Shown here: positions 10,055-20,125 of the stretch, one piece after another
Numbering within the stretch: the stretch's first letter is position 1
Layout of the letters: the number at the start of each line of letters is the position of its first letter
Source of the DNA: Eubacteriales bacterium
GTDB taxonomy: Bacteria > Bacillota > Clostridia > Oscillospirales > CAG-272
DNA: 64,000 bases
Assembly: GCA_045653505.1 (NCBI GenBank)
Contig: JAZOLZ010000037.1
Span: forward strand, 25,263-89,262
Direction of reading: 5' to 3'
Position numbers and translations under genes: made by a program
Notes under the pieces: model-generated
Database searches by the model: none
What the model was told of the DNA's origin: nothing
The model's input: only the letters and a program-made list of their open reading frames with translations

Positions 10055-13000
10055 CAAGTATCTCCTGCTGTTTTCCTTCAATTTCGTTTACGTTAAGTTC
10101 AATCGCCTGTGAAATACCGCGCTGAGGCATCGTTACACCGTAAAGACGGTTACCAACCTCCATAGTGCCGCGGCGGTGAGTGATAAGAATGAACTGAGTA
10201 CCGTCTGCAAGACGCTTGATATATTCACCGAATCTGAATACGTTAACCTCATCAAGCGCCGCCTCAATCTCGTCAAGAATACAGAAGGGCGTGGGGTTAA
10301 CCTTAAGAATAGCGAAAAGAAGCGCTATTGCAACAAATGACTGCTCACCACCCGAAAGGAGCGAGAGGTTTTTAATAATCTTACCGGGAGGCGCACACTT
10401 GATCTCAATACCCGATTCAAGCACGTTCTCAGGATCGGTAAGCGAAAGCTCTGCGTTACCGCCGCCAAAGAGTTCACGGAAGGTGATGCCGAAGTTCTTG
10501 TTAATTGCCTCAAATGCATCAACAAAGCTCACCTTCATCTCACTCTCAAGCCTTGCAATTATATCAATAAGTTCATCATAGGACTTGGTAAGGTCGGTAT
10601 ACTGACCGTTAAGTCCGTCATATCTTTCCTTGACCCTTGCATAATCGTCAATAGCACCGGGGTTATAGTTACCGAGGTTACGCAGACGGTTACGGCAAGA
10701 GGTCTGTATTGCTCCTATTTCCTCTCTGTTTTCAGCAGTAACGGGAGGATACTGCAGAGCAACGGCCTCCTCATAGGTAATCTCATACTCATCCCAAAGG
10801 GTCGAGCCGAGTTTATCCTGCTTTTCTGTCAATTCCTCAAGACGGTGGACGTTCTTTAAGTTAACCTCCTGAAGAGTTGCACGGGCATCGTATTTTTCCT
10901 TAAGCTGACGCTGGATAGAGGTGCTTTCCTTTTCATACTCCTCGCTGTCTGTATCAGCATCGGTACGTGCGATTTTGAGATTTTCGAGCTCATTTATAAG
11001 TTTTTCATACTCAGCACGGTTAGTATCGCGCACTGTGTCGATATTATCGCGTCTTTGCTCAAACTCACTGATCTTATTAATTTCTGTATTTCTTGCGTTG
11101 GTATGCTCGTTTATTCTCTCATCAACAGTTGCAATAAGCACGTCAACGTTTTCAATGTCCTTGCGTACTACGCTTATTTTTACAAAGCAATCGTTTGCCT
11201 TTTGAGAAAGCTCATCGCACTTTTCATCAATTACGCCAAGTTCTGCGCCAAGTTTTGTACGCATATCCTTGATAGCAACTATCCTCTCGCTTGTTGCGTT
11301 AAAATCGGCACCGAGAGAGATAAGTTCTTCTTCTGCCCTATCCTTTGAGCCAAGCAAAGCATCACGGTCAGCCTTAAGTCTTTCAATAAGTTTTAAGTTA
11401 GCCTCGTAGTTTGCATTAGCTGTATCGAGAGCCGAGAACTGACTTCTTGAAAGAGTAAGAAGCAACTGCTTGCCCTGATCTGCTTCCTTTAAAAGCTCCT
11501 GAGACTCACTGAGAGCCTTTTGTGTTTTTGCGTACTCGGAATTGAGTTTGTCAAGTTCCTTGGTGAGTTTATCGGCATTTGCAGTAAGCGCCTCAATCTC
11601 TGCCTGACGGGAGAGCACACCGCTATCACGCTTTGCACTACCACCGGTATATGAACCGCCCGCATTGATTATCTGACCGTCAAGAGTAACTATTTTAACA
11701 CGGAAGCGCAGTTTTTTAGCCGCCTCGTTTGCATTCTCAAGGTTATCAAAAACAAGTGTACGCAAAAGAAGATGCTCTACTACGTGGCGCATTTTTGCAT
11801 CAATGCCTGCCAAGGTATCGGCTCTGCCAATATAGCCTGTGAGCGACTTAGCGCTCCTTATCTCCTCTGTCTCACTAGGTACTGTGATTGTGGTAAGCGG
11901 ATAGAAGGTAAGACGGCCTGCGTTTGCCTCCTTAAGAGCGCGCATACCCCATTTTGCAGTCCTGTCGTCCTCAACAACGATGTTCTGCAGGCTTGCGCCA
12001 AGGGCTGTCTCTATAGCAGTTATGTATTTTTTATCAACCGAGATAAGCGAGGAAAGCGGGCCGTATACGGTACCCTCTGATCTGCCCTCGTTTACATGAC
12101 GCATTATGAACTTAACACTGCCGGTATAACCCTCAAACTGCTCGTTCATCCTTGAAAGGACGTCTGCTCTTTGCGCATTGGTATCCCTCTCAAGAGTTTT
12201 GTGAGCGATCTCACTCGCAAGAGTATCACGCAGTGCGCTGAGTTCTTCTATCTTAGCACTCTCGGCCTCGATTACAGCATCACGCTCGGCAATCTGCGCC
12301 TTAAAGCCTGAGGCAGCATCTTCGCATCTGTCTGCCTCTTCCTTAAGTTCCTTGCCCTTATTCTCATACTCAAGTATCTCGTTTTCAATACTGTCGGTCT
12401 TTACGTCATCTGAAAGTTGCGTCTTTTTAATAACGTCTATTCTTACCTTCAAATCGTTTGAAAGATTTTCTTCAACCGTAAGTTCATCAAGCAACTCGTT
12501 AAGTCTACTCTGCATCTGGTCCATCTTAAGAGAAAGCTCCTCATGCTCCTTAAGATAGTCAAATCTCTCATCCTGAATATTTGCAAGTATTTCCTCAAAG
12601 CCGGCTCTCTTCTTAAGTTTTTCTGCCTTATCGGCCTCGCACTGCGCAATACTTGAATCAAGTTGATCAATAACGATTTTTGATGCATCAATAAGGTCCT
12701 TGGAATGTAAAAACTCGTTCTCTGCAACAGAGAGGTTTTTATCAAGAGTTGCAATATCCTGGTTTGCTTTGATTATTCTGTTAATAATGGACTCGGAAAG
12801 GCTGCGTGACTCAAAGAGTTTATCATTAAGAGTCTCGCTCCTCTTATTAAGGTCGGAGATTATCTGGTCCATTATATCAAGTTCATTTTGTGAGAGTTTG
12901 CAGGAGTTCTCAGCCTCGGCAATATCATCTCTTATCTTCTTGGTATCGTAAAGCCATAAGGATACATCGGCACGCTTTTTCTCCTCATAGATAGCAAGAC

Positions 13001-13649
13001 CCTTACGCGCCTTTTCTGCCTCCTTTTCAAGAGGGCCTATCTGTGACTCAAGTTCAAGAAGAATATCCTTTACTCTGTCAAGGTTGTCCTGAGTGTGCTT
13101 GAGCTTACGCTCAGCCTCCTCTTTTCTGTGACGGAATTTGGATATACCTGCCGCCTCCTCGAAGATATTACGTCTTTCATCACTCTTTTTGGATATGATC
13201 TCGGCAATCTTACCCTGTCCTATGATAGAGTAACCCTCTCTGCCGACACCGGTATTCATAAAGAGTTCGTATATATCACGAAGTCTTTTTGGCTGGTTAT
13301 TGATAAGATATTCACTGTCGCCTGTACGGTAATAGCGACGTGTTACGGTTACCTCGTCAAACTCCGAGTCAAGCCTGTTCTCGGGATCAGAGTTATCGAA
13401 TGTTACCGATACCTGGGCAAAGCCCATAGGACGGCGGTCATCTGTACCGCCAAAGATAACGTCCTCCATTTTAGTACCGCGGATATTACGGCTGGAAAGC
13501 TCACCAAGTACCCAACGCATAGCGTCCGATATGTTGGACTTACCGCTCCCGTTAGGACCGACAATAACCGTAGCACCCCTCTCAAAGGTAAGAACGGTGC
13601 GGTTGGGGAATGATTTAAAGCCGTAAAGTTCTAGAGTTTTTAAATACAT
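10041..13649 (-). CDS. smc: Chromosome segregation protein SMC
   Basis: GPNGSGKSN, long coiled coils with hinge, LSGGE, LDEIEAALD. Confidence 0.97.
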   Translation of the reverse strand: MYLKTLELYGFKSFPNRTVLTFERGATVIVGPNGSGKSNISDAMRWVLGELSSRNIRGTKMEDVIFGGTDDRRPMGFAQVSVTFDNSDPENRLDSEFDEVTVTRRYYRTGDSEYLINNQPKRLRDIYELFMNTGVGREGYSIIGQGKIAEIISKKSDERRNIFEEAAGISKFRHRKEEAERKLKHTQDNLDRVKDILLELESQIGPLEKEAEKARKGLAIYEEKKRADVSLWLYDTKKIRDDIAEAENSCKLSQNELDIMDQIISDLNKRSETLNDKLFESRSLSESIINRIIKANQDIATLDKNLSVAENEFLHSKDLIDASKIVIDQLDSSIAQCEADKAEKLKKRAGFEEILANIQDERFDYLKEHEELSLKMDQMQSRLNELLDELTVEENLSNDLKVRIDVIKKTQLSDDVKTDSIENEILEYENKGKELKEEADRCEDAASGFKAQIAERDAVIEAESAKIEELSALRDTLASEIAHKTLERDTNAQRADVLSRMNEQFEGYTGSVKFIMRHVNEGRSEGTVYGPLSSLISVDKKYITAIETALGASLQNIVVEDDRTAKWGMRALKEANAGRLTFYPLTTITVPSETEEIRSAKSLTGYIGRADTLAGIDAKMRHVVEHLLLRTLVFDNLENANEAAKKLRFRVKIVTLDGQIINAGGSYTGGSAKRDSGVLSRQAEIEALTANADKLTKELDKLNSEYAKTQKALSESQELLKEADQGKQLLLTLSRSQFSALDTANANYEANLKLIERLKADRDALLGSKDRAEEELISLGADFNATSERIVAIKDMRTKLGAELGVIDEKCDELSQKANDCFVKISVVRKDIENVDVLIATVDERINEHTNARNTEINKISEFEQRRDNIDTVRDTNRAEYEKLINELENLKIARTDADTDSEEYEKESTSIQRQLKEKYDARATLQEVNLKNVHRLEELTEKQDKLGSTLWDEYEITYEEAVALQYPPVTAENREEIGAIQTSCRNRLRNLGNYNPGAIDDYARVKERYDGLNGQYTDLTKSYDELIDIIARLESEMKVSFVDAFEAINKNFGITFRELFGGGNAELSLTDPENVLESGIEIKCAPPGKIIKNLSLLSGGEQSFVAIALLFAILKVNPTPFCILDEIEAALDEVNVFRFGEYIKRLADGTQFILITHRRGTMEVGNRLYGVTMPQRGISQAIELNVNEIEGKQQEILDGIL

Positions 13650-14671
13650 TGTTTATCTCCGTCTTGTCTTATATTTATCCGGTACGCCCCAAGCGCATCA
13701 TCCTCTTTAAAGTAAAGGCGCTTAAGACGGTATTTTTCTTTAATTATCTGTTTGTTTACACCCTTTTGTCCGACTGCCTTTGACATACAGCCCTTTGGCA
13801 CAAGGACGGTAAGGGTGGTGTTTTGTATATCCTGTATTTCTGATATCTTTTCTTCAATAAGCCAAAGATATATCCTGTTCTCACAAAGTTCACCAAGAGC
13901 AGGATGGTTGGGGCCTGCAAAATAGGTTGATTTATCGGTCAAATTCTCACTTGCCTGAAGACCGATGCGTATTATATTCACACCGTTTTGTATGAATATT
14001 TTTGCAACCTTTGCCGATCTGTCGGTGGCGTCCTCAAGGCTTATGGGCTGATAGATGCCAAGCCTTGCCATATCGCAAAGCTCTGTATTTTGGAAAACTA
14101 CGGTGGGATATATCCTTGCACCCACAGCACCCATATTTACAATAAAGAGGGCTGTGTCAATTTCCTTTTTTAAATCCGACCCCGGCAGACCTATCATCAT
14201 CTGACCGACAAGGTCAAAGCCGTACTCTACTATCATACGGCATGCCTGCTCCTCATCTCTTTGCGTGTGTCCCCTTTTTGTAAGGGTAAGTACGCTGTCC
14301 GATACGGACTGCAGACCGAGTTCAATTGTTTTTACACCGTATTTTTTTAGCGTATCAAGTATTTTTGGACTTATGTAATCGGGGCGTGTAGAGCACCTGA
14401 TGCTCTTTACCCTGCCGCTTTCGACATAGCCATAGGCTATCTTTAAAAGTTCTTCCATAAGAGAAAAATCAATACCTGTAAATGAGCCGCCGAAAAATGC
14501 GATCTCACACTCATCCTCTGCCGATACGGTGGCAAGTGAGGTATCAATAGTATCTTTGACGGTGGAGATGTCAAACTCGCTTACTCCCGATATAGTGCGC
14601 TGATTACAGAACACGCAGGCGTTTGGGCAACCGAGATGCGGAATAAAAATTGGTATATTTACGTGCCGCAT
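13640..14671 (-). CDS. Radical SAM protein (Elp3/YhcC-like), function unknown
   Basis: CPNACVFC [4Fe-4S] motif, FFGGSFT, STRPD, ELGLQS; overlaps rnc and smc. Confidence 0.85.
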   Translation of the reverse strand: MRHVNIPIFIPHLGCPNACVFCNQRTISGVSEFDISTVKDTIDTSLATVSAEDECEIAFFGGSFTGIDFSLMEELLKIAYGYVESGRVKSIRCSTRPDYISPKILDTLKKYGVKTIELGLQSVSDSVLTLTKRGHTQRDEEQACRMIVEYGFDLVGQMMIGLPGSDLKKEIDTALFIVNMGAVGARIYPTVVFQNTELCDMARLGIYQPISLEDATDRSAKVAKIFIQNGVNIIRIGLQASENLTDKSTYFAGPNHPALGELCENRIYLWLIEEKISEIQDIQNTTLTVLVPKGCMSKAVGQKGVNKQIIKEKYRLKRLYFKEDDALGAYRINIRQDGDKQCI

Positions 14672-15384
14672 CAGATTACCCCAAAGAGCTTAAGAGCATC
14701 TTTTGCAGCATTCATCTGCGCCATTTTTTTACTCTTTGCAATGCCCTTACCCACAATATTGTTGTTAACCCTTGCCTCGACCGTAAAGGACTTATCATGC
14801 TCAGGGCCGCTCTCGTCGATTACGATATACTCAAGTATTGCCATACCGTCCTTTTCCACAATCTCCTGCAGCATTGTCTTAAAGTCGCCAAAGCGCTTAT
14901 CACTTGCATTCTTAAGCGCATCGTTAAACAACGTGCGTATGATATTTGAAAAGGTGTCTGAGTTATCCGTCTTAAGGTCAAGATATATTGCCCCAAGGAC
15001 AGCCTCAAGAGCATCGGCAAGCACCTTTGGTCTTTGGCGGAAGCCGACGTTCTCCTCTCCCCTGCCGACGTTGAGATAGTCGCCAAGAGATATCTTTTTT
15101 GCAATAGCAGAAAGAGTTTTTTCACAAACAAGGAACTGACGCATTCTTGTAAGCGCACCTTCGCTTGTATTGTCATATTCGTTATACAAAAGTTCGGATA
15201 TAGATATCTGTAAAACCGCGTCCCCTAAAAATTCAAGGCGCTCGTTTGATTTTATATTTATACCCTTTTGCTTTTTTTCGTTTGCATAGGAGGAGTGTGT
15301 AAGGGCGTTTTCAAGTAATGTTATATCACCAAAGTTATAGCCTATCTTTTCTTCAAAGCCGCTAAGGTCTCTGCCTATTGCCAT
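14671..15384 (-). CDS. rnc: Ribonuclease III
   Basis: NERLEFLGDAVL signature, C-terminal dsRBD. Confidence 0.97.
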   Translation of the reverse strand: MAIGRDLSGFEEKIGYNFGDITLLENALTHSSYANEKKQKGINIKSNERLEFLGDAVLQISISELLYNEYDNTSEGALTRMRQFLVCEKTLSAIAKKISLGDYLNVGRGEENVGFRQRPKVLADALEAVLGAIYLDLKTDNSDTFSNIIRTLFNDALKNASDKRFGDFKTMLQEIVEKDGMAILEYIVIDESGPEHDKSFTVEARVNNNIVGKGIAKSKKMAQMNAAKDALKLFGVI

Positions 15385-15420
15385 TAAACAATCCTCCTTT
15401 TTGTCTTTATTCTTTAGTCT

Positions 15421-16452
15421 TTAGATCTGACCGTAAAGTTTTTCAGCATCAGCCAAAAGTTTCTTTTCATCATAATCCTCTGCAAAATAGGTTATATCAC
15501 GGATAATGTCGCTCTTAACATAGTTAATAGCCTGTCTTACCGCATTCTTTATAGCGTTTGCATCGGATGAGCCGTGCGCCTTGATAACCGGCTTTGAAAT
15601 ACCGAGAATGGGCGCGCCGCCGTGCTCGGAGGCATCAAAGCGATGCTTGATATCTCTGAGTTTTTCTTTCATAGTAAGGGCGCTGACCTTTACTGCAAGG
15701 TTGCTTAAGAGCACCTCTTTAAGGATGCCCATAAGGAATTTACCCATACCCTCTACACTCTTTAAGAAGATGTTACCCGTATAGCCGTCTGTTACGAGAA
15801 CGTCACATACGCCAAAGGGCACCTCCTTGGACTCAACGTTACCGACAAAGTTAAGACCCGACTCCGTGAGAAGCTGGTAGGACTCTACCTGAAGCGCATT
15901 GCCCTTGTTGTACTCGGTACCGTTATTAAGCTGACCGACCTTGGGACGGTCTATGTTATATATCTTCTCCATATACTTTGCGCCCATATAACCGAACTGC
16001 ACGATATTATCGCTACTAACGGTAAGGTTAGCGCCTGAGTCCATAAGAAGAACGGGGGTTGCCATAGGAAGTACCGATGCGATAGCCGCACGGTTGATGC
16101 CGCGTATTCTACGGCAGATAAGGGTTGCACCCGTGATAAGCGCGCCTGTGTTACCCGCGCTTACAAATGCGTCGTATTCTCCACTTGCCACAAGTTTAAG
16201 ACCAACGCTCATTGAGGAATCCTTTTTCTCTCTGACTACGCAAAGAGGCTTATCCTCCATATCAATTACTGAATCTGCGTGAACAATATTTATACCTGTG
16301 AAATCAATGCCGTTTGTAACAAGAACGTCGGATATAACGTTTTCATCACCGACAACCGTGATCTCTTCGCCGTATTCCCTTGCAAGCGAGGCGCCCTTTA
16401 TAAGTTCAAGAGGCGCATTATCTCCGCTCATTACGTCAATAAGTATTTTCAT
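15421..16452 (-). CDS. plsX: Phosphate acyltransferase
   Basis: DVMSGDNAP, SAGNTGA, DSGAN, DGYTGN, KAHGSS. Confidence 0.95.
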   Translation of the reverse strand: MKILIDVMSGDNAPLELIKGASLAREYGEEITVVGDENVISDVLVTNGIDFTGINIVHADSVIDMEDKPLCVVREKKDSSMSVGLKLVASGEYDAFVSAGNTGALITGATLICRRIRGINRAAIASVLPMATPVLLMDSGANLTVSSDNIVQFGYMGAKYMEKIYNIDRPKVGQLNNGTEYNKGNALQVESYQLLTESGLNFVGNVESKEVPFGVCDVLVTDGYTGNIFLKSVEGMGKFLMGILKEVLLSNLAVKVSALTMKEKLRDIKHRFDASEHGGAPILGISKPVIKAHGSSDANAIKNAVRQAINYVKSDIIRDITYFAEDYDEKKLLADAEKLYGQI

Positions 16453-16465
16453 TGTCTTTCCTTTC

Positions 16466-17812
16466 TTAGACTTCCCTTTTCTCGGAAATCATTTTATCTA
16501 TAATTTCAAGGCTGCGTGCCGAATAGGCCTCGTTACGCACCTTTTTACCACCCTTGACCTTTTTATCAAAGGGTGCGATTATACCAAAATTAGCATTCAT
16601 CGGCTGGAAGGTCTTGCTCTGCCCACCAAGGCTGACATAGTGCGCAAGAGCGCCTATCTCGGTCTCTTTTGGAAAAACTAATTTTTCTTTGCCAAGAGCC
16701 AAAAGAGCCGCATTAACACCTGCGACAAAGCCGCTTGAGGCGCTCTCAACGTAGCCCTCAACACCCGTCATCTGGCCTGCAAAGAATACTTTGGGATTTG
16801 CCTTCATCGAATAAATCTCGCTAAGCATACCCGGAGAGTTAAGATAGGTGTTTCTATGCATAACGCCGTACCTGAAGAACTCTGCGTTCTCAAGACCCGG
16901 TATCATACTGAATACCCTCTTTTGCTCACCAAAGGTAAGATGCGTCTGGAAGCCGACGATATTATACATACTGCCCTCTTTGTTCTCGCGCCTCAGCTGT
17001 ACCGTAGCAAAGGCATCCTCACCCGTAGCGGGCAAAGGAAGTCCAACCGGCTTCATCGGTCCGAACCTTAAGGTATCAAAGCCGCGTGAGGCCATAACCT
17101 CAACAGGCATACAGCCCTCAAAAACGGTAAGATCCTCCTGAAGTTCCTTATCAAAGGCTTTAAGTGGCGCCGTCTTTGCCGTTACAAGAGCATCGTAAAA
17201 TGCACGGTACTGCTCCTCATCCATAGGACAGTTAAGATAATCGCTTGGGTCACCCTTGCCCCATCTTGAGGCAAAAAAGGCCTTGGTGTAATCTATACTG
17301 TCAGCATCGACTATAGGAGCCGCCGCATCAAAGAAATGCAGTCCCTCACTGCCCGTAAGAGCAGTTATTTTTTCTGCCAGCCCCTCTGAGGTAAGGGGGC
17401 CTGAGGCAATAACGGTTATCTCATCGGGGTCAATATTAAGAACCTCCTTATAATGCACCGTTATGTTTTCATTTTGCTTTATTTTCTCGGTTATATAGGC
17501 GCTGAACTCCTCACGGTTTACCGCAAGAGCGCTGCCTGCAGGCACAGCCGTTGCATACGCTGCCTCCATAATCAGCGAGCCGAGGCGCGAGAGCTCTGCC
17601 TTAAGCAGTCCTACCGCATTGTCAAGCTGATTTGAGCGCAGTGAGTTTGAGCAAACGAGCTCTGCAAAGCCATCGCTGTGATGGGCAGGGGTGAGTTTTT
17701 TTGGCTTCATCTCATAAAGCTCAACCTTAACACCCAACTTTGCCGCCTGATAGGCTGCCTCAGCACCCGCAAGACCTGCGCCGATAACCTTTATCTTTAT
17801 TTCGTTTTTCAT
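16466..17812 (-). CDS. trmFO: tRNA (uracil-5-)-methyltransferase TrmFO
   Basis: GAGLAGAEAA, ELVCSNS, RYGVMHRNTY, GVEGY. Confidence 0.96.
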   Translation of the reverse strand: MKNEIKIKVIGAGLAGAEAAYQAAKLGVKVELYEMKPKKLTPAHHSDGFAELVCSNSLRSNQLDNAVGLLKAELSRLGSLIMEAAYATAVPAGSALAVNREEFSAYITEKIKQNENITVHYKEVLNIDPDEITVIASGPLTSEGLAEKITALTGSEGLHFFDAAAPIVDADSIDYTKAFFASRWGKGDPSDYLNCPMDEEQYRAFYDALVTAKTAPLKAFDKELQEDLTVFEGCMPVEVMASRGFDTLRFGPMKPVGLPLPATGEDAFATVQLRRENKEGSMYNIVGFQTHLTFGEQKRVFSMIPGLENAEFFRYGVMHRNTYLNSPGMLSEIYSMKANPKVFFAGQMTGVEGYVESASSGFVAGVNAALLALGKEKLVFPKETEIGALAHYVSLGGQSKTFQPMNANFGIIAPFDKKVKGGKKVRNEAYSARSLEIIDKMISEKREV

Positions 17813-20070
17813 TCTATAACAGTCATTTCCTCTTCACGCTTATAAGTGCAGTCTTTTGCCTTACAGATGACCTGCTTGCGGTTGATACGGTAGTAAAGCA
17901 TATCACCGCACACAGGACATTTTTCCTTAAGCGGCATATCCCAGGTAGAGAAATCGCACTCGGGATAATTCTCACAACTGTAAAAGAGCATCTTGCCCTT
18001 GCCGTGACGGGCAAGTATTTTGCCGCCGCACTTAGGACATCCAACACCCGTATCAGAGGTCTTTTGCTTGGTGTGCTTACACTCAGGATAATTAATGCAG
18101 GCGTAGAATGCGCCAAACTTGCCCTCACGCACAACCATATCCGAGCCGCATACCTCACACTTGAAGCCTGCAAGTGTGGGAGCCTTTGGCTCCTCCTTTT
18201 CAAGCGGCTTGCCGGATTTATCAATCGCCTTTGTGTTCTTACACTCAGGGTAATTGGGACAGGCCAAAAATCTGCCGTATCTGCCGTTTTTATATACCAT
18301 AGGAGCGCCGCATCTGTCACAGATAACGTCACTTACCTCATCGGGGATATCAACCTTTTCTTCTTTGTGATTTTCACCCGCGTTTTTGAGTTCCTCCTCA
18401 AAGCGCTTGTAGAAGTCGCCTATTACGCCCACGATGGTGTTCTCGCGGTTCTCAATAGAGTCAAGCTGCTTTTCTATCTGCGCTGTAAACTCATAGTCAA
18501 CAATCTCGGGGAAATGCTCACGCATAAACTTTGTGGTTACCTCGCCTAAGGGCGTGGCAACAAGCATCTTACCCTCACGCCTTACGTAGTTACGTGAGAT
18601 GATTATCGATATAATGGGAGCATAGGTAGAGGGTCTGCCTATACCGTTTTCCTCAAGGAATTTAATAAGAGTTGCCTCTGTATATCTCTGAGGCGGCTCT
18701 GTAAATTTCTGCTCGGATTTTATATTTTCAAGAGTAAGGATATCATCCTTTTTAAGCGATGGCAAACGAACAAATCTTTCATCCTCAAGTCCCTCATCCT
18801 CAAGCGCCTCGTAAAGCACCATATATCCGCGTGATTTTACCGTGGATGATGAGGCCTTGAACATATAGCCGTTGCACTCAACGTCATAGGAGACCGTGTC
18901 AAGAAGCGCTGATGCCATCTGGCTTGCCACAAATCTCTCCCAGATAAGTTTATAAAGTCTGTACTGATCGTTTGTAAGCATCTTACGTACTTTTTTAGGT
19001 GTGACGTAGACGTTTGAGGGTCTGATTGCCTCGTGCGCATCCTGTGAATTTGCGCTTGATTTATATACTCTCTCGCTCCCCGGGAGCGCCTTTTCACCAA
19101 ACTCGCGCTCGATAAACTCCTTGCAAGATGCCCTTGCTGAGTCAGAAACACGTAATGAGTCGGTACGCATATAGGTGATAAGACCCTGCACACCGCCAAG
19201 CTCACTGCCTATATTAAGACCGTCGTAAAGCTCCTGCGCAACCTTCATTATCTTCTGTGTCTGGAAGCCGAGTTTACGCGATGCCTCCTGCTGAAGGGTT
19301 GAGGTGGTAAAGGGTGGCTGGGGTGCTTTTTGCTTTTTGGAATGCTTTGCCGCAGTTACCTTAAAGTTACCGTCCTTTATAGCATCCTCAACAAACCTTG
19401 CCTCCTCACCGTCCGCAATCCTGACCTTACCGTCTGCCCTGCTGGCAAGACGCAAGGTGATATCCTCACCGCTCTTTGTCTTAAGATCAACGTCAAGCGT
19501 CCAGTATTCACGCGGGATAAAGTTCCTTATTTCCTCTTCCCTTTCGGTAACTATCCTTGCCGCAACAGACTGTACTCTGCCGCCCGAAAGACCGCTGCGC
19601 ACACTCTTCCAGAGTATCTCGCTTAAACTAAAGCCGACTATTCTGTCAAGTATACGTCTTGCCTGCTGCGAATTAACAAGGTCAAGATTGATGCACCTTG
19701 GCTTTTTGATAGCCTCTTTAACCGCGCTCTTTGTTATCTCGTTAAAGGTAATACGGCACTCTTTATCCTCAGCAATACCGAGTTCTGTTGCGATATGCCA
19801 GGAGATTGCCTCACCCACACGGTCAGGGCCTGTCGCAAGGAATATTTTGTTTGCCTTTTTTGCCTCGCGCTTAAGCTCCTTTATAACATCACCCTTGCCG
19901 CGTATGTTGATATAGTGCGTCTCAAAATTGTTTTCAACGTCAATACCAAGCGTGCTCTTGGGCAGGTCGCGTATATGTCCCTTTGATGCTATAACCTTGT
20001 AGTTTGAGCCAAGATATGCTTTTATCGTATTTGCTTTTGCGGGTGACTCAACGATTACTAAATTTGCCAT
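17809..20070 (-). CDS. topA: DNA topoisomerase I (type IA) with four C-terminal Zn ribbons and an atypical TOPRIM motif
   Basis: VESPAK, GRVQS, ITYMRTDS (catalytic Tyr), AHEAIRP, GIGRPSTY; TOPRIM reads ATGPDRVGE. Confidence 0.93.
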   Translation of the reverse strand: MANLVIVESPAKANTIKAYLGSNYKVIASKGHIRDLPKSTLGIDVENNFETHYINIRGKGDVIKELKREAKKANKIFLATGPDRVGEAISWHIATELGIAEDKECRITFNEITKSAVKEAIKKPRCINLDLVNSQQARRILDRIVGFSLSEILWKSVRSGLSGGRVQSVAARIVTEREEEIRNFIPREYWTLDVDLKTKSGEDITLRLASRADGKVRIADGEEARFVEDAIKDGNFKVTAAKHSKKQKAPQPPFTTSTLQQEASRKLGFQTQKIMKVAQELYDGLNIGSELGGVQGLITYMRTDSLRVSDSARASCKEFIEREFGEKALPGSERVYKSSANSQDAHEAIRPSNVYVTPKKVRKMLTNDQYRLYKLIWERFVASQMASALLDTVSYDVECNGYMFKASSSTVKSRGYMVLYEALEDEGLEDERFVRLPSLKKDDILTLENIKSEQKFTEPPQRYTEATLIKFLEENGIGRPSTYAPIISIIISRNYVRREGKMLVATPLGEVTTKFMREHFPEIVDYEFTAQIEKQLDSIENRENTIVGVIGDFYKRFEEELKNAGENHKEEKVDIPDEVSDVICDRCGAPMVYKNGRYGRFLACPNYPECKNTKAIDKSGKPLEKEEPKAPTLAGFKCEVCGSDMVVREGKFGAFYACINYPECKHTKQKTSDTGVGCPKCGGKILARHGKGKMLFYSCENYPECDFSTWDMPLKEKCPVCGDMLYYRINRKQVICKAKDCTYKREEEMTVIE

Positions 20071-20101
20071 ACTGTAGCGGTTAACCGCTCCTTTCTATTA
20101 T

Positions 20102-20124
20102 CTCTTCACTCTTCACTCTTCACT
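20102..20124. repeat. Heptamer tandem repeat (CTCTTCA)x3
   Basis: ctcttca ctcttca ctcttca ct in the dprA-topA spacer. Confidence 0.8.
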
Positions 20125-20125
20125 T

